The translations under genes and the position numbers were made by a program. Below the pieces are notes generated by a model, which was not told the DNA's origin, did not search any database, and saw nothing but the letters and a program-made list of their open reading frames with translations. This document shows, piece after piece, positions 9,547 through 18,502 of a stretch of 64,000 nt of DNA. Position 1 is the first letter of the stretch. Each line of letters opens with the position of its first letter. Source of the DNA: Melioribacter sp. (GTDB taxonomy: Bacteria; Bacteroidota; Ignavibacteria; Ignavibacteriales; Melioribacteraceae); contig VEPI01000001.1 of NCBI GenBank assembly GCA_012026935.1, positions 26,464 through 90,463 of the forward strand, written 5' to 3'.

Positions 9547-11355
9547 CTATTTTAACAATAACATTTTTTTTGTCTGAGAGAAACCATCCGTCTGTAATGT
9601 ATAGAAGTAAACTCCGCTTGGTAAAGATTCTGCATGCAGCGTTTTTACATATTGACCGGCATGCTGTTCTTCATTTACAAGAGTAGCAACCTCAGATCCG
9701 AGCAAATTAAAAACCTTTAATGAAACGAAACCGAAATTTGGAAGACTATAACTTATTGAAGTATCCGGATTAAACGGGTTTGGAAAATTTTGCTCGAGTC
9801 GGAATTCATTAGGAATATTTGTTCCAACTTTCACTTCAGAAGTAGTTAGTGATTCAATAATAATTCCATTGAGCAGTGGTCTTTCAATCTGTGCGGCAAA
9901 ATGAATATCTAGTATGTTGTCGTTCACTTCTACATTATCAATAATTTTTTCTAATGCTGACTTTGCACCAACTTCCTTAAAAATATCTAGCCTGTCAATA
10001 ACAAGATTACCTTGGACATAAACATCAAACACTCTTTTACCAATTGTGCTAAAATAATTTTCTGCGAACAATAGTTTGATTTTGTATTTACCATTTGGAA
10101 CACGCACAACGTATTTTGCTAATCCGTTAATTTCGGATTGGAAAATAGTATCGTCATTCGTGTTGGCTATCGGGTCAGAAACTGTTCCTTTTACACCTTC
10201 CATAAATCCATAATTAGAAGAGTCAGTTACAAACTCTTTATCGGCATAAAAATCCCCGTAAGCATTACCGCCGGCATTGATCTTAAACGGAAAATTTATT
10301 TTCGGAGTTACTATTATGGAGTGAGCAACCAGGTTTATAAAATTAGCAGGTGACCAAGTATCTTTAATATTTCTGACAATAAAATTGGGATTTGAATTGA
10401 GATCTACCTTATCAACTAAAATATCAACAGTTCGATTGTCTCTTAATAAAGTTGTATTTGTTATAACCGATCCGGTCAAAATATAATTTCCGTTTGTTTC
10501 CGCAGTTGTTCTTTCAATTTGTTCTGAGAAAAATGCTTTTAATTCATTATCAGCTACAACACGTGCAGAAATTATTTTGGGTGCTGAATTATCCGTATAA
10601 CCCAGCGCGTTTTTATCCGTTAGACATAGAATCAACTTGCCATTAACAAAAGCAATATTTTCAGGCACAAAGTCACTTCTATTTCCGCCAAACCCGTGAT
10701 TACCTTTTTCCCATCTCGTATCATCAAAGGTGTTGAAATCATCACGCCAATCAAGTGTAAAATTATTGTTTGTTCCATAATTACCCGCACCCGGCGAATA
10801 TTTGTAATAAGCCACCCAATCATAGTATCCAAATGCCGGAAGTACCGCCTCGTTCCAAACTCCGGCCCAATTAGAATTTGTAGGACTCCAAATGTTCATC
10901 ATTAATTTTTGTGCTCTGGTTATTGTGTTTATATGGTCTCCTGTCTGTCTGTAAACTTCAACTCCATCAATGAACCAAGCTACATATTGTGGTGTCCATT
11001 CAATTGTATAGGTATGATAATCCAAAGCGGGATCAAAATTCACAAATTGATGACGGACATGATTTGTCTGACTTAAAGTGATAGTATTGAATTGCACATC
11101 GTTGTTATAACGTCCCATGATTTCAATATCAATTTCATTCCATTTAGAGGATGACCATGGATCATTCGGAAGTCCGTCAAAATATGTAAATAACGAAGTA
11201 AGAACTCCTTCTTTGCCCGGAGCTTTGATACTCGCTTCAAATCTTCCGTAAAGGTAGGAATCTTTTGTTCTGTATTCTGCGCCTCTAACTTGTGCTAAAG
11301 AATAAATTTGAATGCACAGAATGAATACTGCTAAAAAAAAATTTTTATTTTTCAA
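9547..11355 (-). CDS. Secreted GH16 beta-glucanase with a malectin-like domain and T9SS C-terminal sorting domain
   Basis: 602 aa with a TTG start and a signal peptide. GH16 catalytic motif NEIDIEIMG. Malectin-like segment (LLFAENYF...GKRVFDVYVQG). CTD LEQNFPNPFNP...SGVYFYTL...KKMLLLK. Confidence 0.85.
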   Translation of the reverse strand: MKNKNFFLAVFILCIQIYSLAQVRGAEYRTKDSYLYGRFEASIKAPGKEGVLTSLFTYFDGLPNDPWSSSKWNEIDIEIMGRYNNDVQFNTITLSQTNHVRHQFVNFDPALDYHTYTIEWTPQYVAWFIDGVEVYRQTGDHINTITRAQKLMMNIWSPTNSNWAGVWNEAVLPAFGYYDWVAYYKYSPGAGNYGTNNNFTLDWRDDFNTFDDTRWEKGNHGFGGNRSDFVPENIAFVNGKLILCLTDKNALGYTDNSAPKIISARVVADNELKAFFSEQIERTTAETNGNYILTGSVITNTTLLRDNRTVDILVDKVDLNSNPNFIVRNIKDTWSPANFINLVAHSIIVTPKINFPFKINAGGNAYGDFYADKEFVTDSSNYGFMEGVKGTVSDPIANTNDDTIFQSEINGLAKYVVRVPNGKYKIKLLFAENYFSTIGKRVFDVYVQGNLVIDRLDIFKEVGAKSALEKIIDNVEVNDNILDIHFAAQIERPLLNGIIIESLTTSEVKVGTNIPNEFRLEQNFPNPFNPDTSISYSLPNFGFVSLKVFNLLGSEVATLVNEEQHAGQYVKTLHAESLPSGVYFYTLQTDGFSQTKKMLLLK

Positions 11356-11460
11356 ATTAATTAGACTCGTTGAAGAAGACTATTTTTTTAACAGTTAGGC
11401 TGCTGTATTTTTTTATAATTCCGTAAAGATGAATTTAAAAAATTGCTTCCCAATAATTTT

Positions 11461-11483
11461 GGGGTGAGTAAAATACTCACCCC
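11461..11483. other. Perfect 10-bp hairpin (GGGGTGAGTA-AAA-TACTCACCCC) in the spacer between the PorV-like gene and the GH16 gene
   Basis: The inverted repeat was read directly. There is no U-tract on the minus (coding) strand, so it may act as a terminator or an RNA-stability/processing element. Confidence 0.4.
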
Positions 11484-11506
11484 TTAGCTTTTTCCTTATT
11501 TAGAAT

Positions 11507-11528
11507 CATATGGAGGCACCCATATGAG
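11507..11528. other. Second hairpin (TCATATGG-AGGCAC-CCATATGA), 24 nt downstream of the PorV-like stop
   Basis: An 8-bp inverted repeat read directly. Function unknown. Confidence 0.3.
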
Positions 11529-11551
11529 GAAAAATATTTTCTCCGTTTTAG

Positions 11552-12601
11552 TTAGAAAGTTATTCCTACGGAAAATCTTTGAACATTATTTAATCTTCCG
11601 AAGTCTCCGTATGAATAATCAATTTTTATAGAAACGTTCCCGATAAACCTTTGTTGTACGCCGGCGCCAAATGTATACGACTCTTCCGATTCTTTTAAAA
11701 GGAGAGATTTATAACCGGCTCTAATAAAGAACATATCATTAAATGTATATTCACCGCCAACATTTAGACTCTCGTAATTATCACTCGGATGTAATGCGTC
11801 AACCGCAATTAAGAATTTATGCATCGAGCTATTAATAAGTTTATAAGACAGCCCGACTCTAAAAATCAACGGCAATTCCCATTCGTCAGTTTGTAAATAG
11901 GCGGGTATTCTATCATTATTTCCGGTTGAGTTTTTATCGGGATCGTAAAGTACAAGTGCGGAAGTTCCGTCCAATTTCATCTTTGTTCCAAAATTTGAGA
12001 TTGACATTGCAAGAACGATTCCATCAAATGGAGTTATATATTGAACGCCCATATCAATAGCGAATGCGGTTGCGTTTGTTCTCCAGATTTTTTGATTAAT
12101 AAATTTCGGATTGAAACCGATAGCAAAATTATCTGTAAGATTAATCGCATAAGCAATGCTGAACATTACATCAGAGACACCAAAAGTTTCACCTGTACCT
12201 TCCGGATCCTGAACTGTTCTTACAATCATATCTTCAATATTTGATGAAAGAAAACTTAAACCGAGTGTACCATAAGATCCAACATTATAAGATGCAGCAA
12301 CGTAGTTATAATTTATGCCTGCAATCCAGTTTACATGATCAAAAACAACAGCACCTCCGGGTATTTTTGCTAAACCGGCAGGGTTCCAATAAATTGCTGT
12401 AGGATCATCAGAAACCGCAACGTATGCACTGCCCATTCCCGAAGCTCTAGCACCTTGGTTTATTGAAAGGAATTGTGCAGCAGTAGTTCCTTTCTTTGAA
12501 ACATCCGAAACAAAGTTTTGTGCGGTGATAGTAGAAATATCTACTAAACTTATAGCCGCAATCAAAATCAGAAAAACTAAATTTATTATTCTTCTTTTCA
12601 T
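11552..12601 (-). CDS. PorV/PorQ-family (FadL-like) outer-membrane beta-barrel
   Basis: The track ORF is 11552..12613 and begins at GTG. The ATG at 12601 is preceded by GGAG. It has a signal peptide and an N-terminal signature GARASGMGSAYVAVSDDPTAIYWNPAGLA. The rest shows an alternating beta-strand pattern, and the protein ends in ...FSVGITF (terminal aromatic). Confidence 0.6.
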   Translation of the reverse strand: MKRRIINLVFLILIAAISLVDISTITAQNFVSDVSKKGTTAAQFLSINQGARASGMGSAYVAVSDDPTAIYWNPAGLAKIPGGAVVFDHVNWIAGINYNYVAASYNVGSYGTLGLSFLSSNIEDMIVRTVQDPEGTGETFGVSDVMFSIAYAINLTDNFAIGFNPKFINQKIWRTNATAFAIDMGVQYITPFDGIVLAMSISNFGTKMKLDGTSALVLYDPDKNSTGNNDRIPAYLQTDEWELPLIFRVGLSYKLINSSMHKFLIAVDALHPSDNYESLNVGGEYTFNDMFFIRAGYKSLLLKESEESYTFGAGVQQRFIGNVSIKIDYSYGDFGRLNNVQRFSVGITF

Positions 12602-12615
12602 ATCTCGCTCCACCG

Positions 12616-15600
12616 CTATTTGATTACAGCAAATTTGCCAATGTACTCGCCAATACCCGGCGCATCAACATGATAAATGTAAAGTCCGTATGCCAAATCC
12701 ATTCCGTCTTCTGTTATCAGATTCCATGATAAAGTACCATCCTCGGAACCTGATTCTTTTTGAAGTGTTTTTATCAAAGCACCTGTTACATTGTAAATTC
12801 TAATTGTACACCTCGTTGGCAGATGAATAAAATCCATTCGTCTTTCACCGCGTCCGGTTTGAATAAGATTTCTCTTTTCCCAAGCATTAGCACTTATGTA
12901 CGGATTCGGAACAGCAGCAATTCGGCTGAGAGAATTCTTTGCAAGATCTGCATCAACCTTTGCACCTTTAGTCGAGAATTGGAAATAATCACCTGTCTTG
13001 AAGGGTTTAGTGGTCACAATTCTAAAAACATTTCCCGGTCTTGGCGTAATATACACAGGTGCGGAGGGCTGCCTATACTGAATTCTCCATGTTAATCTAA
13101 ATTGATTTTGCTCATACTCAATAATTACAATGTCGTCACCCAAACTGAATTGTCCATCAGAATTATTATCAAAATATTCAGCTTGAACTTCTACTCCTCG
13201 TGAAATATTACGGACTTTAAACGGTACCGGTTTCTTAGTAAATGGAGTAGTTATTGTCTGACCTTCAGGCAGCCATTCAATTTCATAATCGGAAGGCCAA
13301 GCAACATTTCGTTGCGGAGAACTTTTATCAGGAGCTACAAACATATCAACATTACTAAAACCAACCACCCAGCCTTTTTGTTTAACAACACCAAGTGTAT
13401 CACCGATTACAGAAAAAATAAGTCCATCAAACGGAGTACTGAATTTTCCGACACCAATGTTAGAACTATCAACATTTGCAAAAATCACTTCTTCTGTTCC
13501 GTTCAATGTGCGGGTCAAAGAATATCCGGTAGTTTTATATTTTGGTACATCACCGCTTGCAGTAAAATTAATTTTATAAGTAGCGCCTTCTTTAACTTCA
13601 TTCGGATTTAGAACTATCATACTTACCTTACCGGAGCCAAGACCCTGCGTAACTTTTGTTAAATCACCTGTAATTTGAGGAGGAAGGTAACCAGCGGATG
13701 GAGAGTTCGGTGTAACAACAGCGCAATTGATATCAACAAATTTAATTTGACCTGAAAAATCCTGAGAAATTATTTTTGTTGTTTCACTCGGAATTAATCC
13801 TTTTGTACCATAAGCAGGATCTCCTTGATCATAAGCGACTAAAGCGTAATAATAAGTGCTTCCATTAGTAACGGTGGAATCAACGTATGAATGTTGAAGT
13901 CCTGTTTCATTTCCTCTCCAGAAATGAGCACCGTTTATTCCCACAGGATCAGGACCTTTAAGACCATCTTTCAAATCAAATTGAGCAATTGGTTTCCAAT
14001 ATTTTGGCTCACCTTTAGAATCTGTTATCAACTTAATATCATTAAACTCCGGCTCCTGACTTCTATAAAGTAGGTAACCCTCAAAATCTTTCTTTCTTAA
14101 AAATCTATCAAAAGATTTCTCGGCATAGTCATTCCAATAAAGAAATACTTTTTTATCTCCTGCTATAGCAGTCAAAGTCGGTTTTAAAGGAGGCTGAGAG
14201 AAATTATAATTTGCATTGTAGATTGATTGAACTGTCTCTTTATTAAAAACCATATCGTCATAATCAACACCAAATACCAACGCAACAGAAAATCTTTCAC
14301 GTTTATATAATTTTAGCGGAAACGGGCCTGAACCGAAAAGAATTTGAATGTTAGAATTTGTTAATGAAGTATCGAAACTATTATAATTCATTTTTCTCCA
14401 AATCACTTCATCATTCTTAGGCCAAATAGCATTTGGTCCCTTGTTAGATAATCTTTCGATAACCAAGCTTGTTAAACCGATCTGATCTGATTCATCTTTA
14501 TCGGTTCTATCAAAATTTGGTTCACCATCTGTTGGTAAGCCATCACCCTCACCTTCGTCAGGGCCATTGTACTGCGGATCATCCGGTCCAACACCATCTT
14601 TTCCAAGATCGTCGTTCAAAGGTTCTCCTGCATCCCAGTGTCCGTCATGGTTTAAATCCGTATATGGAACCCAGTTATGATTATCGTCAATACCATTATC
14701 ACGACTTTCATCAGTCATACCATCTTGATCGTTATCAATACCATCAGTTGAATTACCCGGACTTTCCAAAAATGCGTAACCAACGAAACCGGTCTTCCAA
14801 TTATCAGGCGGTGCAGCACCATCATGGTCGAATGCGTATGCAAGATCAAGTTTAGTATTGTAAGAAGCATCGTCATCGCCATTATCATTTAAACCGCCAA
14901 CACCTGTATCACAATAAAATCCAAAATAAGTTGTATCTAATGATACCTCGGATAAATTAACTATATCATAATGGAAAAAGATGATATCTTCTGCCAGTAC
15001 ATGCGACCATTGAAATCCACGCACTTCAGTTCTTAATCCCAATCCTCCCCGGTTATGATCTGAAGGAAGCGGATAATAAAAATAAGGCGGACGGGAAAAT
15101 TCTTTATCTTTTGAATCATCCATTGCATAAAAAACTTCAAGATCAGCATTCATAACACCGCGTCCAAAATATCCGAACCAATAACCATCCCAATTAGCAT
15201 TAACATTTGGAAGTGAACGGGGCCAATTTTCAGGCCATGATCGGGGTCTTGTACTCATTGCAGGTTGTTCTGATGCGGCTGCAGCATATCCCGGTATCGG
15301 TTCCATTACCCACAAATCTCCGGTAACAGGATCATAATCAACTTCTTCTCTATATGATGTTTCTGCAGGATGAACAAGTTGTCTATTACCAGGGGCAAAA
15401 ATTGCGGATGTTACAATTGGTGTACATCCATCCAAATACATGTGCCCGGTTCCTTTTGGCCATTCACCCGAAGGTCTATCCGGCCATGTACCCACTTGTC
15501 CATCATTCTGGAAAAGTGTTCTAACCAGGTTTCCATCCATTACAGCTTTTTTTCTATATGTCTTATCCCCGTACGGCTCCAAACGATATTTTAATATCTG

Positions 15601-15672
15601 TTCCTGTGTCTGAGCCCAAGTAGCATCGGCAATAACGAGGAAGGTAAGTAACCATAAAATTTTTCTTTTCAT
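12616..15672 (-). CDS. Large secreted protein of unknown function with an Asp-rich Ca-binding-type repeat region and a divergent T9SS-type C-terminal domain
   Basis: The track ORF is 12616..15684. The ATG at 15672 is preceded by GGAG. Signal peptide MKRKILWLLTFLVIADATWAQ. The DxDxDG-like run includes DGIDNDQDGMTDE, DLNHDGHWDAGE and DDLGKDGVGPDD. C-terminus: VPNPY...IRIYNVTGALI...YGLYIYHV...GKFAVIK. I recognised no catalytic motif. Confidence 0.65.
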   Translation of the reverse strand: MKRKILWLLTFLVIADATWAQTQEQILKYRLEPYGDKTYRKKAVMDGNLVRTLFQNDGQVGTWPDRPSGEWPKGTGHMYLDGCTPIVTSAIFAPGNRQLVHPAETSYREEVDYDPVTGDLWVMEPIPGYAAAASEQPAMSTRPRSWPENWPRSLPNVNANWDGYWFGYFGRGVMNADLEVFYAMDDSKDKEFSRPPYFYYPLPSDHNRGGLGLRTEVRGFQWSHVLAEDIIFFHYDIVNLSEVSLDTTYFGFYCDTGVGGLNDNGDDDASYNTKLDLAYAFDHDGAAPPDNWKTGFVGYAFLESPGNSTDGIDNDQDGMTDESRDNGIDDNHNWVPYTDLNHDGHWDAGEPLNDDLGKDGVGPDDPQYNGPDEGEGDGLPTDGEPNFDRTDKDESDQIGLTSLVIERLSNKGPNAIWPKNDEVIWRKMNYNSFDTSLTNSNIQILFGSGPFPLKLYKRERFSVALVFGVDYDDMVFNKETVQSIYNANYNFSQPPLKPTLTAIAGDKKVFLYWNDYAEKSFDRFLRKKDFEGYLLYRSQEPEFNDIKLITDSKGEPKYWKPIAQFDLKDGLKGPDPVGINGAHFWRGNETGLQHSYVDSTVTNGSTYYYALVAYDQGDPAYGTKGLIPSETTKIISQDFSGQIKFVDINCAVVTPNSPSAGYLPPQITGDLTKVTQGLGSGKVSMIVLNPNEVKEGATYKINFTASGDVPKYKTTGYSLTRTLNGTEEVIFANVDSSNIGVGKFSTPFDGLIFSVIGDTLGVVKQKGWVVGFSNVDMFVAPDKSSPQRNVAWPSDYEIEWLPEGQTITTPFTKKPVPFKVRNISRGVEVQAEYFDNNSDGQFSLGDDIVIIEYEQNQFRLTWRIQYRQPSAPVYITPRPGNVFRIVTTKPFKTGDYFQFSTKGAKVDADLAKNSLSRIAAVPNPYISANAWEKRNLIQTGRGERRMDFIHLPTRCTIRIYNVTGALIKTLQKESGSEDGTLSWNLITEDGMDLAYGLYIYHVDAPGIGEYIGKFAVIK

Positions 15673-15711
15673 TCTCAACTCCATTTTCTAAAAATATTTC
15701 TGTGTTCCGGA

Positions 15712-18423
15712 TTAGAAATTAACATTGAATCCAATGTTGATTCTTCTTGGAGATGAGTAGTCTCCTGGATTTCTTAAATATTGTTCAATAGTATTTCTTC
15801 CAATAATTGGAGCAGCAAATTTTGTATTCAAATCAATACCGGCTCTACCTGTAGTGCTGGATACGCCATATTCATTCTTTATGTCAAACAAGTTATAGAC
15901 AAGTAAGAATGCATTTACATCAAGACCGAATACCTTGAATTGTTTATTTGTTCTGAGATCAACATTTAATGTATTCGGTTTTCTTCCGCCGTTTTCAAAA
16001 CGTAATCCTTGTGAATAACGCGGGTCTTCAGTGTATGGTGCGCCTGAGCCGTAATTAAAAATTATTCCCGCTGTCCAATCCGATGGATCTCCAATTGTTA
16101 TTGAAGCATTAATAGTGTGTGTCTGATCCCAATCAAGCGGAACAACTTTTTTATTCGATTCAACCGGGGGATCGGCTTGATTATTATAAAATTCCACCAT
16201 CGGATCTGATGCATTACCCGAAGCAACTTGATAAGTATAATCTATTTTTGCACTGAAGAAATCGGCAAATCTTTTATCCAGCGTAATGATTACACCTTTA
16301 ACGTTTCCATAATCCCTATTTATAAATCTTGCAAATGTAAATCCTTCGTAGGTTTTAAGAATCTGCATACCGAGAAGATTTCGTATATCACTGTAATAAA
16401 GAGAAACATCAATAGAAACTTCAGGAAAGATTACCTGTTGTAATCCTAATTCATATTTAACTGTTTTTTGTGATTTCAATTCCGGATTTCCAACTGAAGA
16501 TGAAAGAGAAGTCGTCTGATCAATTAAGTAAGCGTAATTAGTGTATAAGTTTTCAAAACTTGGAATCTGGAAAAAATGTCCGTATGAAAAATGGATAGCT
16601 CCTTTTTCAGACATCGGAAATGAAACACCAAGCCGGGGACTAATTTGGTATTCAGATTGTGCATTTCTCTTTTGGAATGCATTAGGAAAGTTAGGATTGT
16701 TTAACGGGTTGCGAATATCAATTGGTAAATCTGTATTTGAACTAAAGAAATCAAATCTTACTCCGGCATTGATAATCATTATATCATATTCCATCTTATC
16801 TTGAATGTATGCCGATAGTTCGTATGGGTATCTCATATAACTTTGATTGTACTTAGTATTAGGATCACTATAACCCAAAGTAAAAATTGCATTACCCAAC
16901 GAATCTAATTGTCCTTCCGTCATGTTTCTAATTGTTTTCCAGCTGTTCCAAATTGTATGAAGTCTTGCTTCGGCACCAATCTTAATTTTATGTTCTTTCG
17001 TAATCTGTGATTCTAATGATAATTGCCCAATATAAGTTTGTGTATATCTATTATATCTATCAGTCTCGTTACCGCCTTGATTAAAAGTATAACCTGTAAT
17101 AGGTGAACCTTGATTTGGTTCAACGTAACGAGGATCGTATTCATCTTCATATAAATAGCCCCAGAACTTATGATAGTTCGATGAGAGCTTTAATGTTGCA
17201 AAAGTACTTTGAGAAGGTATCCATGAAACTTGAAAACTATGAATTGTATTTGTACGGTAATGATTTTTTATCGCATCCGGAGTCCATTTGTAAGCATGAC
17301 TATAATATTTATTCCAGTTATCATCCCAAAAAATACTATAGCTAAATTTCCACTGATTAAAATTATAAGTTAGTTTACCGTTAAAAGATTTTTTCTCATA
17401 AGGATTCATCGGTACAAAAGCGCTGTCTCCGGTACCATGATCAATCCAATAAGTTTGATTTCCAGCAATTGGAAAAGTTGGTCTATCGTCTGAAACATTA
17501 TAATATCTTTGTCCATACTCATAGCCATCATCGCGAAAATATCTGCCTGTTAAAAAGAAAGTTAAATTATCTAAAACTTGTGTCGGTCCGCTCAAAGTTA
17601 ATTGAAAATCTCTCGGACCATTCAGATTAGCTTTATTTACATTTTGAAAAATGTCTGTGTGAGTTGTAAAATAGTTCCCTACATAAGCCGATACTGAACC
17701 ATCGTATTTTGCACCGCCGTCTTTTGTAACAATATTAACAATTCCTGCCATCGCTTGACCGTACTCTGCATTAAATGTACCGCTGATAACTTCCATCTGT
17801 CGAATTGAAGAGTTTTCTACTTCAACGGACATACCACCGTTGAATACATCTGTAACAGTAACGCCATCAACTAAATAAGAAACTTCACCGGAACGTCCTC
17901 CTCTAAAATGCCCGTTAACAACACCGGCCTGGAGGTTAACTACTTGATTCAAATTTTCTACGGGCATCATTTTTAATTCTTCTGAAGAAACAATAGCTGT
18001 TGATGAAGTGAGATCTTTTGTAACGAGCGGCTGTTTGGCTTGAATAACAATTTCGCCAACATTAATTGTTGCAGGTGTAAGGTTTATATCAAGGCGTGTA
18101 GTTTGATCAATCCTAATTGAAATTTTTTGAACCGTAACTTTATGGTAACCTATAGAACTAACAACAACAGTATATGTCCCAGGTGAAATATTATTGATAT
18201 AATAATATCCGTCCAAATCTGCTACCGCACCTAAGTTGGTACCCTGTAAAAGAATTGTTGCACCAATCACTGGTTCTTTGACTTCAGAATCAATCACCTT
18301 GCCTGCTAGTTTTCCAGTCGTACCCGCATTAATAAATGAAGAAGCAAACAACAAAAAAATAAGACTCAGTTGTATTACCCTTCTCGACAACTTGATACTC
18401 TCCATTCTATTAATCCTGTACAT
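15712..18423 (-). CDS. TonB-dependent outer-membrane transporter with an N-terminal carboxypeptidase-regulatory-like domain
   Basis: 903 aa, with an alternative start ATG at 18405 preceded by AGGA. It has a CarboxypepD_reg-like segment (GKVIDSEVKEPVIGATILLQGTNLGAVADLDGYYYINNISPGTYTVVV). A plug region follows (VSSEELKMMPVENLNQVVNLQAGVV), then a long barrel ending in NIGFNVNF. Confidence 0.85.
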   Translation of the reverse strand: MYRINRMESIKLSRRVIQLSLIFLLFASSFINAGTTGKLAGKVIDSEVKEPVIGATILLQGTNLGAVADLDGYYYINNISPGTYTVVVSSIGYHKVTVQKISIRIDQTTRLDINLTPATINVGEIVIQAKQPLVTKDLTSSTAIVSSEELKMMPVENLNQVVNLQAGVVNGHFRGGRSGEVSYLVDGVTVTDVFNGGMSVEVENSSIRQMEVISGTFNAEYGQAMAGIVNIVTKDGGAKYDGSVSAYVGNYFTTHTDIFQNVNKANLNGPRDFQLTLSGPTQVLDNLTFFLTGRYFRDDGYEYGQRYYNVSDDRPTFPIAGNQTYWIDHGTGDSAFVPMNPYEKKSFNGKLTYNFNQWKFSYSIFWDDNWNKYYSHAYKWTPDAIKNHYRTNTIHSFQVSWIPSQSTFATLKLSSNYHKFWGYLYEDEYDPRYVEPNQGSPITGYTFNQGGNETDRYNRYTQTYIGQLSLESQITKEHKIKIGAEARLHTIWNSWKTIRNMTEGQLDSLGNAIFTLGYSDPNTKYNQSYMRYPYELSAYIQDKMEYDIMIINAGVRFDFFSSNTDLPIDIRNPLNNPNFPNAFQKRNAQSEYQISPRLGVSFPMSEKGAIHFSYGHFFQIPSFENLYTNYAYLIDQTTSLSSSVGNPELKSQKTVKYELGLQQVIFPEVSIDVSLYYSDIRNLLGMQILKTYEGFTFARFINRDYGNVKGVIITLDKRFADFFSAKIDYTYQVASGNASDPMVEFYNNQADPPVESNKKVVPLDWDQTHTINASITIGDPSDWTAGIIFNYGSGAPYTEDPRYSQGLRFENGGRKPNTLNVDLRTNKQFKVFGLDVNAFLLVYNLFDIKNEYGVSSTTGRAGIDLNTKFAAPIIGRNTIEQYLRNPGDYSSPRRINIGFNVNF

Positions 18424-18456
18424 AATTCATTCCTTGAAAAATTTAAGTTATAGAAA

Positions 18457-18489
18457 CAAAAAAGGGCACTCCATATTCGGGAGTGCCCC
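18457..18489 (-). terminator. Rho-independent terminator after the 881-aa surface-protein gene
   Basis: The minus strand reads GGGGCACTCC-CGAATAT-GGAGTGCCCT followed by a T6 run, starting 14 nt after the stop at 18503. Confidence 0.8.
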
Positions 18490-18502
18490 TAAATTGATTT
18501 TA

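Noticed and set aside
14469-14855. 128-aa His-rich ORF on the plus strand.
   Set aside because: It is the antisense reading of the GAT/GAC-rich Asp-repeat region of the ~1018-aa gene, so its composition is an artefact of that repeat.
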